Source: Candidatus Woesearchaeota archaeon | Lineage (GTDB): Archaea > Nanobdellota > Nanobdellia > Woesearchaeales > GW2011-AR15 | Assembly (NCBI GenBank): GCA_014729915.1 | Contig: WJJD01000016.1 | Coordinates: 1-41,648 of the forward strand | Direction of reading: 5' to 3' | DNA length: 41,648 nucleotides | In this document: positions 1-9,947 of the stretch, in pieces | Layout: every line of letters starts with the position of its first letter | Position numbering within the stretch: position 1 is the stretch's first letter | Translations under genes and position numbers: made by a program | The notes under the pieces: model-generated | The model's input: only the letters and a program-made list of their open reading frames with translations | Databases searched by the model: none | Told to the model about the DNA's origin: nothing

Positions 1-613
1 AACAGATGCCGATAACCGGTCTGATGAAAAAGGAACAATAACAACAGTTGTTCTGGATTCTATCCAGCAGGATTACAAATGGAAAGCCTATGTGGGAAAT
101 GTGACTTCAACATTCACATTGGATGATGAGGCAGATTATACAATTTATCAATGGGATGTTGATCAGTTCTCAGGTGAAATTTTTGCGACACGAGCAAGCA
201 CAACCCCTACATGGAGCAATGTAAACTGCAGCAACACAACAAACAAGGAATCAGAAGATACTGCGTTAGGTCATACTTCAACAAGTCCGGATAGTATTAA
301 CCAGACTTTTGATACGACGACACATAAATCATTTGAGGTTGCAGGAAAGACATTTCAGGCAAGTGACTGCTTTGCTATTGCAACTTGGATAAATAACACG
401 GAAAATATTTTAGCAGAAGATGTCTTATTTCAGGAAGTATTATTGTATGATGGTACAAATACAATATATACAACTTTTGTAGAAAATGACAAACATGGCT
501 ATACTGACAGGGAGAATGAGACATTTGATTTCCAGCTAATTGTTGCAGAAAATGCTTCAATTACTGCACCGGATATCCAATATTATTTTTATGTTGAGTT
601 GGAATCGAATTAA
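1..613 (+). CDS. Acidic, Thr-rich putative secreted/surface protein, 5' end outside window
   Basis: Frame is open from base 2 (TDADNRSDEKGTITTVVLDSIQQDYKWKAYVGNVT...), so GTG92 is internal; composition typical of archaeal extracellular proteins. Confidence 0.6.
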   Translation, partial: TDADNRSDEKGTITTVVLDSIQQDYKWKAYVGNVTSTFTLDDEADYTIYQWDVDQFSGEIFATRASTTPTWSNVNCSNTTNKESEDTALGHTSTSPDSINQTFDTTTHKSFEVAGKTFQASDCFAIATWINNTENILAEDVLFQEVLLYDGTNTIYTTFVENDKHGYTDRENETFDFQLIVAENASITAPDIQYYFYVELESN

Positions 614-776
614 ATATAAAAGTGTTTTTTCCTCCTTTTATATTTAGATATGATTTATTATTGATGCCAAATTTGCTCTGAATCTGAACATAAAATGTAT
701 CCTATTTGTTATTTTAAATCCTTTATTTTTATCAGTAATCTTTATAAACTATCCTTTTTTCCTGATTTAAATAAAA

Positions 777-1079
777 ATGGCAAAAAGACAAGGCGGATTC
801 AGGAGGAAATCAAGGCATAAATTAAAAAAGCATTATAAAAAAAAAGGAAAATTGTCAATAACAAAGTTTCTTCAGGAATTTAAACAAGGAGAAAAGGTTG
901 TATTGAATGCAGAACCTTCTTATCAAAAAGCAATGTATTTTCCCAGGTTTCACGGAAAAATTGGCACAATACATTCAAAAAGAGGAAAATGTTATGAAGT
1001 AATAATCAGAGATAATAAAAAAAAAAAAATTGTCATTGTCCATCCGGTCCACCTTAAAAAAGCAGGAGTGAAAAAATGA
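777..1079 (+). CDS. rpl21e: 50S ribosomal protein L21e
   Basis: FPRFHGKIG and VHPVHLK motifs; conserved L21e-RpoF-DUF655 order; TTTATAAA box at ~741. Confidence 0.97.
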   Translation: MAKRQGGFRRKSRHKLKKHYKKKGKLSITKFLQEFKQGEKVVLNAEPSYQKAMYFPRFHGKIGTIHSKRGKCYEVIIRDNKKKKIVIVHPVHLKKAGVKK

Positions 1080-1432
1080 ATCCTCAGATCATCTCAGAAG
1101 AAGCTGTCAGTATTTATAATATGTCCAAAGAATTAAAAAAAATTAAAAAAAGGGATGGAGAACTGAATATCAGGACAAAAAAACTAGAGGAATATCTGAA
1201 CAGTTTTTTAAATCTTAAGCAAGAACAGGCAGAAGAACTTGAAAAAGAGCTCGTAAAGCTAGATGTTCCAAGATTAAAAGAGATGTATATTAAAAAGATA
1301 ATCGATCTGATGCCTTCAACTTCAGATGAATTAAAACTTATTTTAAATGCATATCCGATTACAGTTAGTAAAAAAAATCTGGATAAGATTGTTTCTGTTT
1401 TAAAAAAATATATTCCAAAAGAGACAAACTAA
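1076..1432 (+). CDS. rpoF: RNA polymerase subunit F (Rpo4)
   Basis: KIIDLMP..DELKLIL motif, size, position after rpl21e. Confidence 0.88.
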   Translation: MNPQIISEEAVSIYNMSKELKKIKKRDGELNIRTKKLEEYLNSFLNLKQEQAEELEKELVKLDVPRLKEMYIKKIIDLMPSTSDELKLILNAYPITVSKKNLDKIVSVLKKYIPKETN

Positions 1433-1475
1433 CACAAATTTTAAATACAACTCATTCTTATTATATTATTAGTGG

Positions 1476-2042
1476 GTGAAAATGAGAAAAGAAAACAGGG
1501 AGGAATATGTGATTGTTCTGGATTATCTTCCGCACGGATATCCTTTTGATGATACACCAGGCTATAAGAAAACTCCTATAATACAATGTCTTGGAGAGAT
1601 GCATCTCACACTATTAGAAGCAGTTCCAAAAAAAAAAGCAATTATAAAAACACGGGACAAGATTTATATTGGAGAGGGTAAACGGGAGAGGGTTCATCAT
1701 ATAAACGGAAGACTAAGTCCTGATAAGCTCACAACTTCTGCAAAAGCAGAACTTGATTATGTGTTGACAAAATTTGTTACAGAAAAAGAAGAAAAATATG
1801 TAGAATTCTTTAATAAAGCTCCACCGTTAACAACAAGGATGCATACACTGGAATTACTCCCTGGACTTGGAAAGAAACATATGTGGGAAATAATTGAACA
1901 GAGAAGAGATGAAAAATTTAAATCATTTGAAGATATAAAAAAAAGGGTAAAACTACTTCCCGATCCAAAAAAAATAGTTGTTAAGAGAATAAAATCAGAA
2001 CTATTGGGTAAAGAAAAATATAATTTGTTTGTCAGAAAATAG
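1476..2042 (+). CDS. DUF655 family putative RNA-binding protein
   Basis: VLDYLPHG and TTRMHTLELLPGLGKKHMW HhH motif; conserved synteny. Confidence 0.92.
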   Translation: MKMRKENREEYVIVLDYLPHGYPFDDTPGYKKTPIIQCLGEMHLTLLEAVPKKKAIIKTRDKIYIGEGKRERVHHINGRLSPDKLTTSAKAELDYVLTKFVTEKEEKYVEFFNKAPPLTTRMHTLELLPGLGKKHMWEIIEQRRDEKFKSFEDIKKRVKLLPDPKKIVVKRIKSELLGKEKYNLFVRK

Positions 2043-2056
2043 TATTAGGGGATAAT

Positions 2057-3241
2057 GTGAAATATAAAATTTTCTTATTTTCAATATTATTTATATTTGT
2101 GTGTTCTTTTTCTGTAAATGCGGTAATCATTGGAGTTTCCCCGAGTATCTTAAAATTCAATAAGATGATAAAGCAGGGGTATGCAGAAAAAACAATCACT
2201 GTAAGTACATCTTCTCGAGAGATTTTGAGTGGTCATTTTGAAGTTGAAGGAGATGTGTCTGATTGGATTTTTTTCAGACCAAATTCAACACAGTTTAATG
2301 TATCGTCAGATAATCCTTATCGTGTTTCATTGATAATCAGACCCGGAAGAGATACAAAAAATGGAAACTATTCTGGTATTGTTCGCATCTTAACCGACAA
2401 TGTTGCTAAAGTAGAAAAAGGTGCAGGAAGTTCAGTCATTGCAGCTGTTGCATTAAGAGTTTATATTGAGGTAATAGGAGAAGAAATAATAGAATGTAGA
2501 GCAGGAGCTTTTTCAGTTCCTAATATAGAAGTAGGTCTTCCTATTCAAATAATGTCAAATGTTTACAATGATGGTAATGTAAGATTAAAGCCGGAATTTA
2601 AAATAGAAATCTATGATAAGTTCAGAGAAAATATTTTACTAAAAAAATCACTCATTGGACAGGAAATTTTACCTACTTTATATGATCGAATTTTTCTTGA
2701 GATTGATAATGAACTTTCACCAGGACAATACTTTATTAATGTGCTTATCAAAGAGTGTGCAGTTTCAAGACTATTAACCTTTGATGTTCTTGAAAAAGGA
2801 GGGATTGTTGATGAAGGAAATTTTGTGGGAATAAGAACAAAAAAGATAAGTTATGTTGGTGAACCAACACCAATACTTCCTGTTTTTAAGAATGTAGGAC
2901 CAAGAAGAGTATTTGCGAAATTTAAAGGGGAGATAAGGTCTCTTGAGACAGACAGAATAATTGAAGTTATTGAATCAGATGAGATTGTACTTGAATCTGG
3001 CAAACAAGTTGAATTTCCTTTATTTTTTGTTCCAAAAGATACCGGAACATATCAGATATCAGGCAGGGTTATCTATAATAATAAAATCACTATTGAAGAA
3101 AAAAGTAAAACAATAAAGGCTGTTAAATCAAAACAAAAATTCAAGATGAATATTTTTTTTTTAATGTTGATATATCTTATTATTGGATTGACAATACTTA
3201 TTCTCATCGGAAAGATCAAAAAAGAGAAAAGGAAATACTAA
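2057..3241 (+). CDS. Exported protein with signal peptide, beta-rich (Ig-like) domains and C-terminal membrane anchor
   Basis: N-terminal hydrophobic segment ending VNA, IGVSP after it, C-terminal TM followed by basic tail. Confidence 0.7.
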   Translation: MKYKIFLFSILFIFVCSFSVNAVIIGVSPSILKFNKMIKQGYAEKTITVSTSSREILSGHFEVEGDVSDWIFFRPNSTQFNVSSDNPYRVSLIIRPGRDTKNGNYSGIVRILTDNVAKVEKGAGSSVIAAVALRVYIEVIGEEIIECRAGAFSVPNIEVGLPIQIMSNVYNDGNVRLKPEFKIEIYDKFRENILLKKSLIGQEILPTLYDRIFLEIDNELSPGQYFINVLIKECAVSRLLTFDVLEKGGIVDEGNFVGIRTKKISYVGEPTPILPVFKNVGPRRVFAKFKGEIRSLETDRIIEVIESDEIVLESGKQVEFPLFFVPKDTGTYQISGRVIYNNKITIEEKSKTIKAVKSKQKFKMNIFFLMLIYLIIGLTILILIGKIKKEKRKY

Positions 3242-3317
3242 AAAGTTTTCTTAACACAAAAAATATTTTAACACTTGATGAGTTTTTTTTTTTGACAAAT
3301 CTGCTCTGAACCTGATC

Positions 3318-3834
3318 ACAAAATCTATACTATTTAGATTAATCCCTTATTTTTTTCCCTTTTCAAGATCATATACAGGTTTTTCTATCTCCTGCAGCCA
3401 CATCAGACCGATTCTCATCATGTCCTTGTTGAACTTGTTTGAGATTTTGTATTTTTTCGTATATAGATCGTAATTGACCATTCCCATGGATTTCATCGGA
3501 GTAAGAATCCTGTCATAGAACTGCCTTTTATTGTATGAGATCTTGACTTTTTTTCCCTTGAACGGAGCTTCGTCTAAAACACTGATAAGCTCTCCTTCAT
3601 GAAGTTTTGTAGCAAACAGACTCATCTCTGTTTTTCCGATTTCCCGGCCGTTCTCTTTCATGTATCTTATCAATAATTTTGCTACAATTTTCTGCTGTTT
3701 GGTCGAGAAAATAATCTCAAAAATATCTTCCGGCAGGTTATACCTGTCATACAAAATTACCATAAGCACCCCCTAATATATATAGAAGTATATTACTATT
3801 ATAAAAATTTTTCCTATTTTAGTATAGATTTTGT
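3318..3834. repeat. Perfect 15-bp inverted repeats flanking the small wHTH-like gene
   Basis: ACAAAATCTATACTA (3318-3332) and TAGTATAGATTTTGT (3820-3834). Confidence 0.85.
3347..3763 (-). CDS. Hypothetical protein, probable winged-helix DNA-binding fold
   Basis: C-terminal RQFYDRILTPMKSMGMVNY...YKIS resembles a wHTH recognition helix plus wing; ATG3763 preceded by GGGGGTG RBS. Confidence 0.6.
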   Translation of the reverse strand: MVILYDRYNLPEDIFEIIFSTKQQKIVAKLLIRYMKENGREIGKTEMSLFATKLHEGELISVLDEAPFKGKKVKISYNKRQFYDRILTPMKSMGMVNYDLYTKKYKISNKFNKDMMRIGLMWLQEIEKPVYDLEKGKK

Positions 3835-4025
3835 ATCAAAATTTGCTAAAAACAAATTTTGATTGGACTATCCGGCCGTAATGAAAAGAGTTTTCGGGGA
3901 GGGGGTGTGGGGTGTATCTATAGGAAAAAGTAAAAGAGAAGAAAGGAGTGATATTGTATTACTTCAGATAGGTATATATATAAGAAATCATTCATTAACT
4001 TAAATGTAGTGATAGGGAGTAAAAA

Positions 4026-6167
4026 GTGACAGACATAATAGGGACAGATATATTTGTATCAAACAGAGGTATAGGTTTTAATCTTAACAATAAAGGAGAG
4101 CTTTCTCTTGAAAGTATCCTAAGGCCTCCAAGTGCAGGAGGGCTGGCAGCAGCATTGGTGGGGTCCGGACTTGAAATTGAAGTTCCGAACAAAGCTTATA
4201 GTTCTGCTGAAAAACTAATTGAGTATTTGTCGAAATATATAGATGAAAACGGGCACAAAGCTCCAATCTGGATAACTGGAGCAATGAAGTCCGGAGATCT
4301 TAAGGTCGCTTCAGGGGAGTATGATAATTTATTTGAAAAAGCTGTTGAAATACGATTTTCACTGGAAGAAATTAATAATTCAGCGGATATTTTTTTTGTG
4401 AAAGGGGATAATGATGATTCGACTTCTTTTTATCTGATTTATAACGGAAAACTTATCCGTATGAAAAAAGTAGAATTTGAAAAAAAATCCTATAATCAAT
4501 TTTACCAAAACCCTGTAAATTCTTTTTTCTGGCCATTAGCACATCTTAAAGGAGAAAACACATTTGAAATAGTGAAAGGGTTTCCAAGACCAAAGTTAAG
4601 AAAAGATGATTATTCCTTATACACTAATACTGATAATATTTTTGCTCATGTAATTCTTAATGAGATAAAAAGGATTAGAAGTGGCAAAAAGGATACCGAA
4701 TATAGTATTAATCTGAGAATAGATGATTACCAATTAATGAATGTAGGCTGCCAGGTGCAGAAATTATTTTCTGATGAAGAAGATTCCAGCGAAGCATTTG
4801 GGGAACAGAGTTTTAGAAATACCGGGTTTTTTAATCATATTCCTGTTCCAGATGTGCAAGCAATTAAAAAGTTATTAGAAAGAGAAGAAACAGATCAAAA
4901 GATCTTTTTAAGTGACAAAGACAGGAATTCATTTGCATATAAACCTGCAAAAAAGATTGATGAGCCATTGAAAGCAGTTATGGCTGACACATTTTACAGG
5001 ATGCTCACCGGACACTCAATGCTTGGATTTCACACAAAAGAGTATGTTGAGAATTTTGTTGATTTAGCACAATATTTTTTTGGAAGTGAAAACATAAATG
5101 CTGACTTTTCAGAAGATGGTTTCTCGTGCATGCTTTCTTATAATCTTAACAGAAATGAAGACAGTGTCCTAATTGGTACATTTCCTATCGGTATAGATCT
5201 TGATTGGGCAGGACCAGAGAGATTCACAGAAGTACCTGAATTAGATTATAAAATGAAAAGGGTTGTAAGAAGAAAAAATAAATGGAGGCACATCCTGGAC
5301 AAACTACTTTGCAGGATTATTCCAAATAAAAAACTCAAACCACACATTGATGTTTTTAAAGCAGAGGAACATGAAAAGTTAGATATTGGAAACTTAGTTA
5401 AAGAAACAAATAAAAATGGTGCAGTTTTTTCAGCAATGGGAAGAAGTGATTATACAAAGAATTTTCACCTGGCAGTTGAGGGTTTTGGAGAACTTGTTAA
5501 AGAGCAGCTTGAAAAATATAAAGATCCAAGAGAAAACGGAATGCCTCTTCATCTCCTGCTTTTGACAGCTCCTTCAAGAATGAATGTTGAAGCATATAGG
5601 AATAATTTTGAAATTCTATTAAGAAGAGTTGAAGAAATAAATAAACTATTTGAAAACCCGGAGTATGAATTTGGTAGGGGTAACAAAAAGTATATAACAC
5701 CAACAGGAGAAGCACCGATAATATTTGCTCCTGAGAGAGTAACTGATAAAAACAAAGCTGCAGTTTTCTTAAATACAATAAGTGTTTATCCTCCGGATAG
5801 AGATGGACAGAATATAATGCCTATGGAGGAATGGACTGTTGCAGACGATACATTTGAAAAATTCCCTTATACAATTATCGGAAGAGATATCGGACTTGCA
5901 CAGACATTGATCCAGGATTATCAGGACCAAAAAATATTTCTAAACAAAGATGCTAATAGAGAAGTTCCTGAAGGTGTTGAGCTAGTTGATACCCGAAGTA
6001 AAGACAGGGTTGTTCAAATGAAGAAGGCAATGGAAAATTCCATTGGAAAATATGCTTCCCCCGAATTAATGAAATATGTGCATCAATATAGAAATGTTCA
6101 GAACTGGACTGATGCAATTATGAAGACAATCAGATCAGGAGAATATCAACATCCTTACAGAAACTGA
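4026..6167 (+). CDS. Divergent GT20 glycosyltransferase (trehalose-6-phosphate synthase / GgpS-like)
   Basis: SNR, GGLA, FWPLAH, DDYQL, GFFNHIP, GFHT, FPIGID, RSDYTK, APSR, RDGQNIMPME motifs in OtsA order. Confidence 0.85.
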   Translation: MTDIIGTDIFVSNRGIGFNLNNKGELSLESILRPPSAGGLAAALVGSGLEIEVPNKAYSSAEKLIEYLSKYIDENGHKAPIWITGAMKSGDLKVASGEYDNLFEKAVEIRFSLEEINNSADIFFVKGDNDDSTSFYLIYNGKLIRMKKVEFEKKSYNQFYQNPVNSFFWPLAHLKGENTFEIVKGFPRPKLRKDDYSLYTNTDNIFAHVILNEIKRIRSGKKDTEYSINLRIDDYQLMNVGCQVQKLFSDEEDSSEAFGEQSFRNTGFFNHIPVPDVQAIKKLLEREETDQKIFLSDKDRNSFAYKPAKKIDEPLKAVMADTFYRMLTGHSMLGFHTKEYVENFVDLAQYFFGSENINADFSEDGFSCMLSYNLNRNEDSVLIGTFPIGIDLDWAGPERFTEVPELDYKMKRVVRRKNKWRHILDKLLCRIIPNKKLKPHIDVFKAEEHEKLDIGNLVKETNKNGAVFSAMGRSDYTKNFHLAVEGFGELVKEQLEKYKDPRENGMPLHLLLLTAPSRMNVEAYRNNFEILLRRVEEINKLFENPEYEFGRGNKKYITPTGEAPIIFAPERVTDKNKAAVFLNTISVYPPDRDGQNIMPMEEWTVADDTFEKFPYTIIGRDIGLAQTLIQDYQDQKIFLNKDANREVPEGVELVDTRSKDRVVQMKKAMENSIGKYASPELMKYVHQYRNVQNWTDAIMKTIRSGEYQHPYRN

Positions 6168-6169
6168 AA

Positions 6170-7720
6170 ATGCAGAAAAAAAAAGATAAGAAAACACTGG
6201 ATGATGTTCTTGGTTTTGTAATGGCTGGAGGCGAAGGTACAAGATTAGGTCTTCTGACCCAAAATCAGGCAAAACCTCTTGTTTCTATCGGAAGATATAG
6301 ACTAATTGATTTTCCTCTATCAAATTTGTATAATACTGGACAAGATGATGACAGGATTGATAATGTTATAATTGCCACACAAGCACATGCTGAAGGTCTT
6401 GAAAAATATTTGGATAGAGCAAATGATCCTCCTACATCACATATAGATGGGGATGGAGAGAGGAAAAATGTCTGGCAATTTAAGAAATACATATTTGCAA
6501 GAGGAACAGAGCAAAATCCTTACACAGGAACAACAGATAGTGTCAGAAAAAACAAACATACAATTAAAGCACTAGAAGATAAAAGAGATAGAATGTTTGA
6601 AGAAGTATTGATTCTTGGAGGAGATCATGTCTATAACATGACGTATAATAATGCTATTGAAAATCACAGAGAAAATGAATCTGATCTTACTGTGTTTGTA
6701 AGCCCTGTTCCAAAGAATAGGGCAAAGGCACTTGGCATATTGCGGGTTGATGCTAACGGAAAAATAATAGGATTTAAAGAAAAGCCGGGTGAAGAGATTG
6801 ACAACAAATATAGTGAATTCAAACTTACTGGAGAACAGGTAAAAGAATATGGCTTAGAGGAATCTGAGGCATGGTATCTGGCATCAATGGGAAATTATAT
6901 TTTCAACAGAGATACTTTATTTGAGTGTCTTACAGATGAAAAGGATTATATTGATTTTGGAAATCATGTAATTCCTGCTTTAGTCAATAATTCAGAAGAA
7001 AAGAAAGGTACAATGATATATGCTGAGATATACACAGGGTATTGGGCAGATGTTGGGACAATTGATGCATGGTATGCTGCACATCTGGATGCTACAGAAA
7101 GCTATTGGGTTTCAAGAAAGCAAACAAGAAGAAAACTGGATACTAAAAGAAAGCTTAGTCTGGAAAAAATGCATACTCTAACAGAAAGATTTGAAGAAAG
7201 AAGTAACTCAGAATCAGAGTATATATCTGATGGAATAGAATCAGATATCGGAAGACCGGTTAGATTTGAAACAGGATCTGAAGATAAACCCAGGCTTTCC
7301 AATTCTGTAATTGTTAATCATGTAGAAATCTTGGGAAACACAAATATTAAGAATTCTGTAATTTATGGACCTGAATCTGAGGATTTAAAAGTAATGGGGT
7401 ATACGAAAATAGATAATTCATCTCTGGAAAATGTAGTCATGATGCCGGGATCTTCTGCAAAAAAGGTAGCAATTTCTCCGGACGGATATAGAACTGAATC
7501 TATGAATAGATCAACAAAAGGATATAGTGCAGAGTTCAATTATTCAGAGTATGTTGCTGAAAAAATAGAATCCTGGGAAAAAGAAAATAATAAAAACTTC
7601 CCTCTGACAATTTATGATCCGAGTGACAGGGAATCTGGAGGAGACATCCAGATAGTTGATGATCTTAATCTATTTATTGTAGGAGAAGGAGTAAAACTTC
7701 CTGAAGGATTTAATGTTTAA
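6170..7720 (+). CDS. glgC: Glucose-1-phosphate adenylyltransferase (ADP-glucose pyrophosphorylase)-like
   Basis: AGGEGTRL..LT...AKP, YRLIDFPLSN, GGDHVY, FKEKP, ASMGNYIF, DFG..VIP, GYWADVGT. Confidence 0.85.
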   Translation: MQKKKDKKTLDDVLGFVMAGGEGTRLGLLTQNQAKPLVSIGRYRLIDFPLSNLYNTGQDDDRIDNVIIATQAHAEGLEKYLDRANDPPTSHIDGDGERKNVWQFKKYIFARGTEQNPYTGTTDSVRKNKHTIKALEDKRDRMFEEVLILGGDHVYNMTYNNAIENHRENESDLTVFVSPVPKNRAKALGILRVDANGKIIGFKEKPGEEIDNKYSEFKLTGEQVKEYGLEESEAWYLASMGNYIFNRDTLFECLTDEKDYIDFGNHVIPALVNNSEEKKGTMIYAEIYTGYWADVGTIDAWYAAHLDATESYWVSRKQTRRKLDTKRKLSLEKMHTLTERFEERSNSESEYISDGIESDIGRPVRFETGSEDKPRLSNSVIVNHVEILGNTNIKNSVIYGPESEDLKVMGYTKIDNSSLENVVMMPGSSAKKVAISPDGYRTESMNRSTKGYSAEFNYSEYVAEKIESWEKENNKNFPLTIYDPSDRESGGDIQIVDDLNLFIVGEGVKLPEGFNV

Positions 7721-7757
7721 CCATATTTTTAAATAATTCTTTATTTATCATTTATTT

Positions 7758-8576
7758 ATGTCAATAATAAAAGCTATCAAAAAAACAAAATCCCTCCTCT
7801 CCTCATGCACTCTCTGCCCCAGAAGATGCAGAGTCAACCGGTTAAAAGGAGAAAAAGGCTTCTGCAGGGCAAAAACACAAGCAAGAATATTTGGTTCTCA
7901 TGTGCATTATGGTGAAGAGCCTGAACTTGTTCCCTCAGGAACATTATTTTTTGCAGGATGCACAATGCATTGTGTCTACTGCCAGAATGCGCCTGCTTCA
8001 GTAAACCCTGAATTAGGAGAGGGATGGTCTGATAAAAAAATTGGACAATGGATCAATAAAATATCAAAAAAATGTAAAAACATCAATTTTGTCTCACCAG
8101 ATGCCTATCTTTTAAATATCGCAGAATCCTTGAAATACAAACAATCAGACCTTCCTGTTGTCTGGAACTCTTCATCCTACTATTCAGAAGATGCTGCTGA
8201 TATTTTAAAAGAATTTGTTGACATCTATCTTCTGGACTTCAGGTATTTTTCTCAGAAATGCTCAGATAAATACAGCAATGCTCTCGGATATGTAAAAGCT
8301 GCAAAAAAAAATCATATCATAGCAAAAAAACATGGAAAACTTATTGTAAGATTACTAATTCTTCCCGACCATATTGACTGCTGTGCAAAACCTATTCTGA
8401 AATGGATAAGAAATAACTTAGGAAAAGATACAAGAATAAATATCATGGATCAGTATTATCCCTGCTATAAGGCAGAAAAATATCCTGAAATAGACAGGAG
8501 ATTAAGAACACAGGAATACATAGAAGTTTTAAAATATGCTAGGAGTCTGGGACTTGTGAATACGACCTGTAATTGA
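7758..8576 (+). CDS. Radical SAM protein, PflX-like
   Basis: CTLCPRRCRVNR N-terminus, HYGEE, SGTLFF.GCTMHCVYCQN, MDQYYP. Confidence 0.9.
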   Translation: MSIIKAIKKTKSLLSSCTLCPRRCRVNRLKGEKGFCRAKTQARIFGSHVHYGEEPELVPSGTLFFAGCTMHCVYCQNAPASVNPELGEGWSDKKIGQWINKISKKCKNINFVSPDAYLLNIAESLKYKQSDLPVVWNSSSYYSEDAADILKEFVDIYLLDFRYFSQKCSDKYSNALGYVKAAKKNHIIAKKHGKLIVRLLILPDHIDCCAKPILKWIRNNLGKDTRINIMDQYYPCYKAEKYPEIDRRLRTQEYIEVLKYARSLGLVNTTCN

Positions 8577-9246
8577 TAAGAAGTTCTCTTGCAAGACGGT
8601 AATTTGCTTTGATTAATCCTAAATAAAGCTTTTCATAATCTTGTTTACATATTCCATCCTCATTGTTAATTATCGGCATGTTAAAGAATCTTTCTTTTTT
8701 AACAGGTTCAGTATCCAAATATAATGATACTAAATTTAGATATACTGCACCAGCCCAATAATATACTTTCTCTGAAAAATTTTTAAAATTGTTTTTTTCA
8801 GATATGGATTTTGCAGTAATATATCTCCAGTCATCTTCATTACCAATATTTTTGTCAAATATAAATTCTGATAAATCATAATTGCATCCTATAAGATCTG
8901 GTAGTTCCTCTTTAGTATCTTTTTTAATATCTTTTAAATCTAGATAGCTGCCTTTTATTAAATTTAAAATTTCCTGATCCTGCTCATCTAAACTAGCGTA
9001 TTTCTCAAGAAGAATATAAGTTGCTTCGGAAATACCGTAGGCTAACAAAACCGGATCTTTTTCTTCAAGATTACATATAATTCTTGGTCCTTTGACTATA
9101 TTTCTAAAAAATTCTCTTACTTTATTTCCTATAGATTGTGTCTCATCTTTTCGAGGTACAAGTTTATCCCCATGCCCTATAAATGCATTTTGATATACTA
9201 TTTCTGCTTGTTTTAGCACTTCATCAATTGTCTTTTCGTGATGCAT
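8539..9246 (-). CDS. Hypothetical protein
   Basis: 235-aa ORF with TATA-like TTTAAAT upstream; no motif recognised. Confidence 0.6.
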   Translation of the reverse strand: MHHEKTIDEVLKQAEIVYQNAFIGHGDKLVPRKDETQSIGNKVREFFRNIVKGPRIICNLEEKDPVLLAYGISEATYILLEKYASLDEQDQEILNLIKGSYLDLKDIKKDTKEELPDLIGCNYDLSEFIFDKNIGNEDDWRYITAKSISEKNNFKNFSEKVYYWAGAVYLNLVSLYLDTEPVKKERFFNMPIINNEDGICKQDYEKLYLGLIKANYRLARELLINYRSYSQVPDS

Positions 9247-9320
9247 AGTTTCTTACTAAAAAGTAAATATAGATTTAAAGATTACCGAAATTAAATTTAT
9301 ATATCACAACATTCTATCAA

Positions 9321-9905
9321 TTGTCGATGAAAAAAATTAAAAATATTTTTTCAAAATATATCTTTAAAAAAGATAGGATAAACTTTTTCCTGTTGATAAA
9401 CATAACACTAGTTCTTTTACTTACATTATTTGTATTCTTTAAATTCAGAAAGATTTGGCTCATAATAATCTTTTCAGCAATAATTTTTCTGATTCGATTG
9501 AGAAGAAAGATGTTTGGTATTCATCTCACACTTGAACCGGTTATTCTTTTCTCTGTTTTAATCCTGAAAACATATGGTTTAAGATACGCTGTAATTGTTG
9601 CGGTTTTTCCCTTGTTTTTATCAGATATAGCAAGCGGAAGGTTTGCAATGGATTCTATAATAAGCCTCCTTACAAAAATTATAGTCCTTTATGCAATAAT
9701 GTTTTTTCCGAGTTATAATCTTGTAATTGTCACAATGATCTCATACATATTATTTAATGAAGGAATAGGAACACTCCTGGCATTATATTCATCTGTCCCT
9801 ATGGATCAGGTCCTAACACAGGTAATGACTTCAACTGTAATCAGGTTAGTGTATTTAAACATATTTCTCTATCCATTATGCGGACTTCTCGGAAGCATCT
9901 GTTGA
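9321..9905 (+). CDS. Multi-pass membrane protein
   Basis: Several hydrophobic segments; resembles 14889-15452. Confidence 0.7.
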   Translation: MSMKKIKNIFSKYIFKKDRINFFLLINITLVLLLTLFVFFKFRKIWLIIIFSAIIFLIRLRRKMFGIHLTLEPVILFSVLILKTYGLRYAVIVAVFPLFLSDIASGRFAMDSIISLLTKIIVLYAIMFFPSYNLVIVTMISYILFNEGIGTLLALYSSVPMDQVLTQVMTSTVIRLVYLNIFLYPLCGLLGSIC

Positions 9906-9947
9906 TTTTCAAAAAACTTTTAATTTAAACATAACTTCTTTTTTATT

